From Isurus oxyrinchus (taxonomy: Eukaryota), in NCBI GenBank assembly GCA_026770705.1, contig JANJGN010000038.1, positions 6,386,001 through 6,450,000 of the forward strand: 64,000 nucleotides of DNA, read 5' to 3'. Position 1 is the first letter of the stretch, and each line of letters starts with the position of its first letter. The notes under the pieces were generated by a model that worked only from the letters and a program-made list of their open reading frames with translations, did not search any database and was not told the origin of the DNA. Of this stretch, positions 61,666-64,000 are shown piece by piece. Both the position numbers and the translations under genes were made by a program.

Positions 61666-64000
61666 AAAACAAAAACAGAATTACCTGGAAAAACTCAGCA
61701 GGTCTGGCAGCATCGGCGGAGAAGAAAAGAGTTGACGTTTCGAGTCCTCATGACCCTTCGACAGAACTTGATTTCGAGTCCAAGAAAGAGTTGAAATATA
61801 AGCTGGTTTAAGGTGTGTGTGTGGGGCGGAGAGAGAGAGAGAGAGAGAGAGGTGGTTGTGTAGACAAACAAGCAGTGATAGAAGCAGATCATCAAAAGAT
61901 GTCAGCGACAATAGTACAAAAGAACACATAGGTGTTAAAGTTAAAGTTGGTGATATTATCTAAATGAATGTGCTAATTAAGAATGGATGGTAGGGCACTC
62001 AAGGTACAGCTCTAGTGGGGGTGGAGGGAGCATAAAAGATTTTAAAATATTTAAAAATAATGGAAATAGGTGGGAAAAGAAAAATCTATAAAATTTGTAG
62101 GGAAAAAAAAGGAAAAAGGGGGAAACAGAAAGGGGGTGGGGATGGGGGAGGGAGCTCACGACCTAAAGTTGTTGAACTCAATATTCAGACCGGAAGGCTG
62201 TAAGGTGCCTAGCGGAAGATGAGGTGTTGTTCCTCCAGTTTGCGTTGGGCTTCACTGGAACAATGCAGTAAGCCAAGGACAGACATGTGGGCAAGAGAGC
62301 AGGGTGGAGTGTTAAAATGGCAAGCGACAGGGAGGTTTGGGTCATTCTTGCGGACAGACTGCAGGTGTTCTGCAAAGCGGTCGCCCAGTTTACGTTTGGT
62401 CTCTCCAATGTAGAGGAGACCACATTGGGAGCAACGAATGCAGTAGACTAAGTTGGGGGAAATGCAAGTGAAATGCTGCTTCACTTGAAAGGAGTGTTTG
62501 GGCCCTTGGACGGTGAGGAGAGAGGAAGTGAAGGGGCAGGTGTTACATCTTTTGCGTGGGCATGGGGTGGTGCCATAGGAGGGGGCTGAGGAGTAGGGGG
62601 TGATGGAGGAGTGGACCAGGGTGTCCCAGAGGGAGCGATCCCTATGGAATGCCGATAAGGGGGGGTGAAGGGAAGATGTGTTTGGTGGTGGCATCATGCT
62701 GGAGTTGGCGGAAATGGCGGAGGATGATCCTTTGAATGCGGAGGCTGGTGGGGTGATAAGTGAGGACAAGGGGGACCCTATCATGTTTCTGGGAGGGAGG
62801 AGAAGGCGTGAGGGCGGATGCGCGGGAGATGGGCCGGACACGGTTGAGGGCCCTGTCAACGACTGTGGGTGGAAAACCTCGGTTAAGGAAGAAGGAGGAC
62901 ATGTCAGAGGAACCGTTTTTGAAGGTAGCATTATCGGAACAGATGCGACGAAGGCGAAGGAACTGGGAGAATGGGATGGAGTCCTTACAGGAAGCGGGGT
63001 GTGAGGAGCTGTAGTCGAGGTAGCTGTGGGAGTCGGTGGGTTTGTAATGGATATTGGTGGACAGTCTATCACCAGAGATTGAGACAGAGAGGTCAAGGAA
63101 GGGAAGGGAAGTGTCAGAGATGGACCACGTGAAAATGATGGAGGGGTGGAGATTGGAAGCAAAATTAATAAATTTTTCCAAGTCCCGACGAGAGCATGAA
63201 GCGGCACCGAAGTAATCATCGATGTACCGGAGAAAAAGTTGTGGAAGGGGGCCGGAGTAGGACTGCAACAAGGAATGTTCCACATACCCCATAAAGAGAC
63301 AGGCATAGCTGGGGCCCATGCGGGTACCCATAGCCACACCTTTTATTTGGAGAAAGTGAGAGGAGTTGAAGGAGAAATTGTTCAACGTGAGAACAAGTTC
63401 AGCCAGACGGAGGAGAGTAGTGGTGGATGGGGATTGTTCGGGCCTCTGTTCGAGGAAGAAGCTAAGGGCCCTCAGACCATCCTGGTGGGGGATGGAGGTG
63501 TAGAGGGATTGGACGTCCATCGTGAAGAGGAAGCGGTTGGAGCCAGGGAACTGGAAATTGTTGATGTGACGTAAGGTGTCAGAGGAATCATGGATGTAGG
63601 TGGGAAGGGACTGGACAAGGGGAGAGAGAAGGGAGTCAAGATAACGAGAAATGAGTTCTGTGGGACAGGAGCAAGCTGAGACGATCGGTCTACCGGGGCA
63701 GTTCTGTTTGTGGATTTTGGGTAGGAGATAGAAGCGGGCCATCCGAGGTTGGGCGACTATCAGGTTGGAAGCTGTGGGAGGGAGATCCCCAGAGGAGATG
63801 AGGTCAGTGACAGTCCTGGAAACAATGGCTTGATGTTCAGTGGTGGGGTCATGGTCCAGGGAGAGGTAGGAGGAAGTGTCTGCGAGTTGACGCTCAGCCT
63901 CCGCGAGGTAGAGGTCAGTGCGCCAGACAACAACAGCACCACCCTTGTCAGCGGGTTTGATGACAATGTCAGGGTTGAACCTGAGAGAATGGAGTGCAGT
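61666..64000 (-). mobile_element. Young Penelope-like element, second large copy (continues past the window end)
   Basis: Nearly identical to 25140-27478; RYIDD, GIY-YIG; +1 G near 62659-62665 and -1 nt near 62212. Confidence 0.95.

Overview
Repeat-rich vertebrate genomic DNA, almost certainly from a cartilaginous fish (shark-type CR1 LINEs, Penelope elements, GPR139-like receptors, cluster-type Ig gene). The centrepiece is a minus-strand immunoglobulin light-chain-like gene whose V and J are already joined in the germline: leader exon 33269-33224, VJ exon 33099-32740, C exon 29166-28846. It keeps an octamer/CCAAT/TATA promoter, canonical splice sites, a polyA signal and a cluster of NF-kB-like sites in the J-C intron, but its C exon is frameshifted. 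It lies between two convergent GPR139/142-like GPCR pseudogenes (about 10.1-11.0 kb on +, about 60.5-61.2 kb on -). The rest comprises a young Penelope-like (RT + GIY-YIG) family with minimal hammerhead-ribozyme motifs (one near-complete copy, one running off the right edge, several short derivatives), many CR1 and CR1/L2-group LINE fragments, a Gypsy gag-protease remnant, three degenerate satellite/minisatellite arrays, simple repeats and a 232-nt N gap. Repeat boundaries were read by eye and are approximate; no database searches were run.
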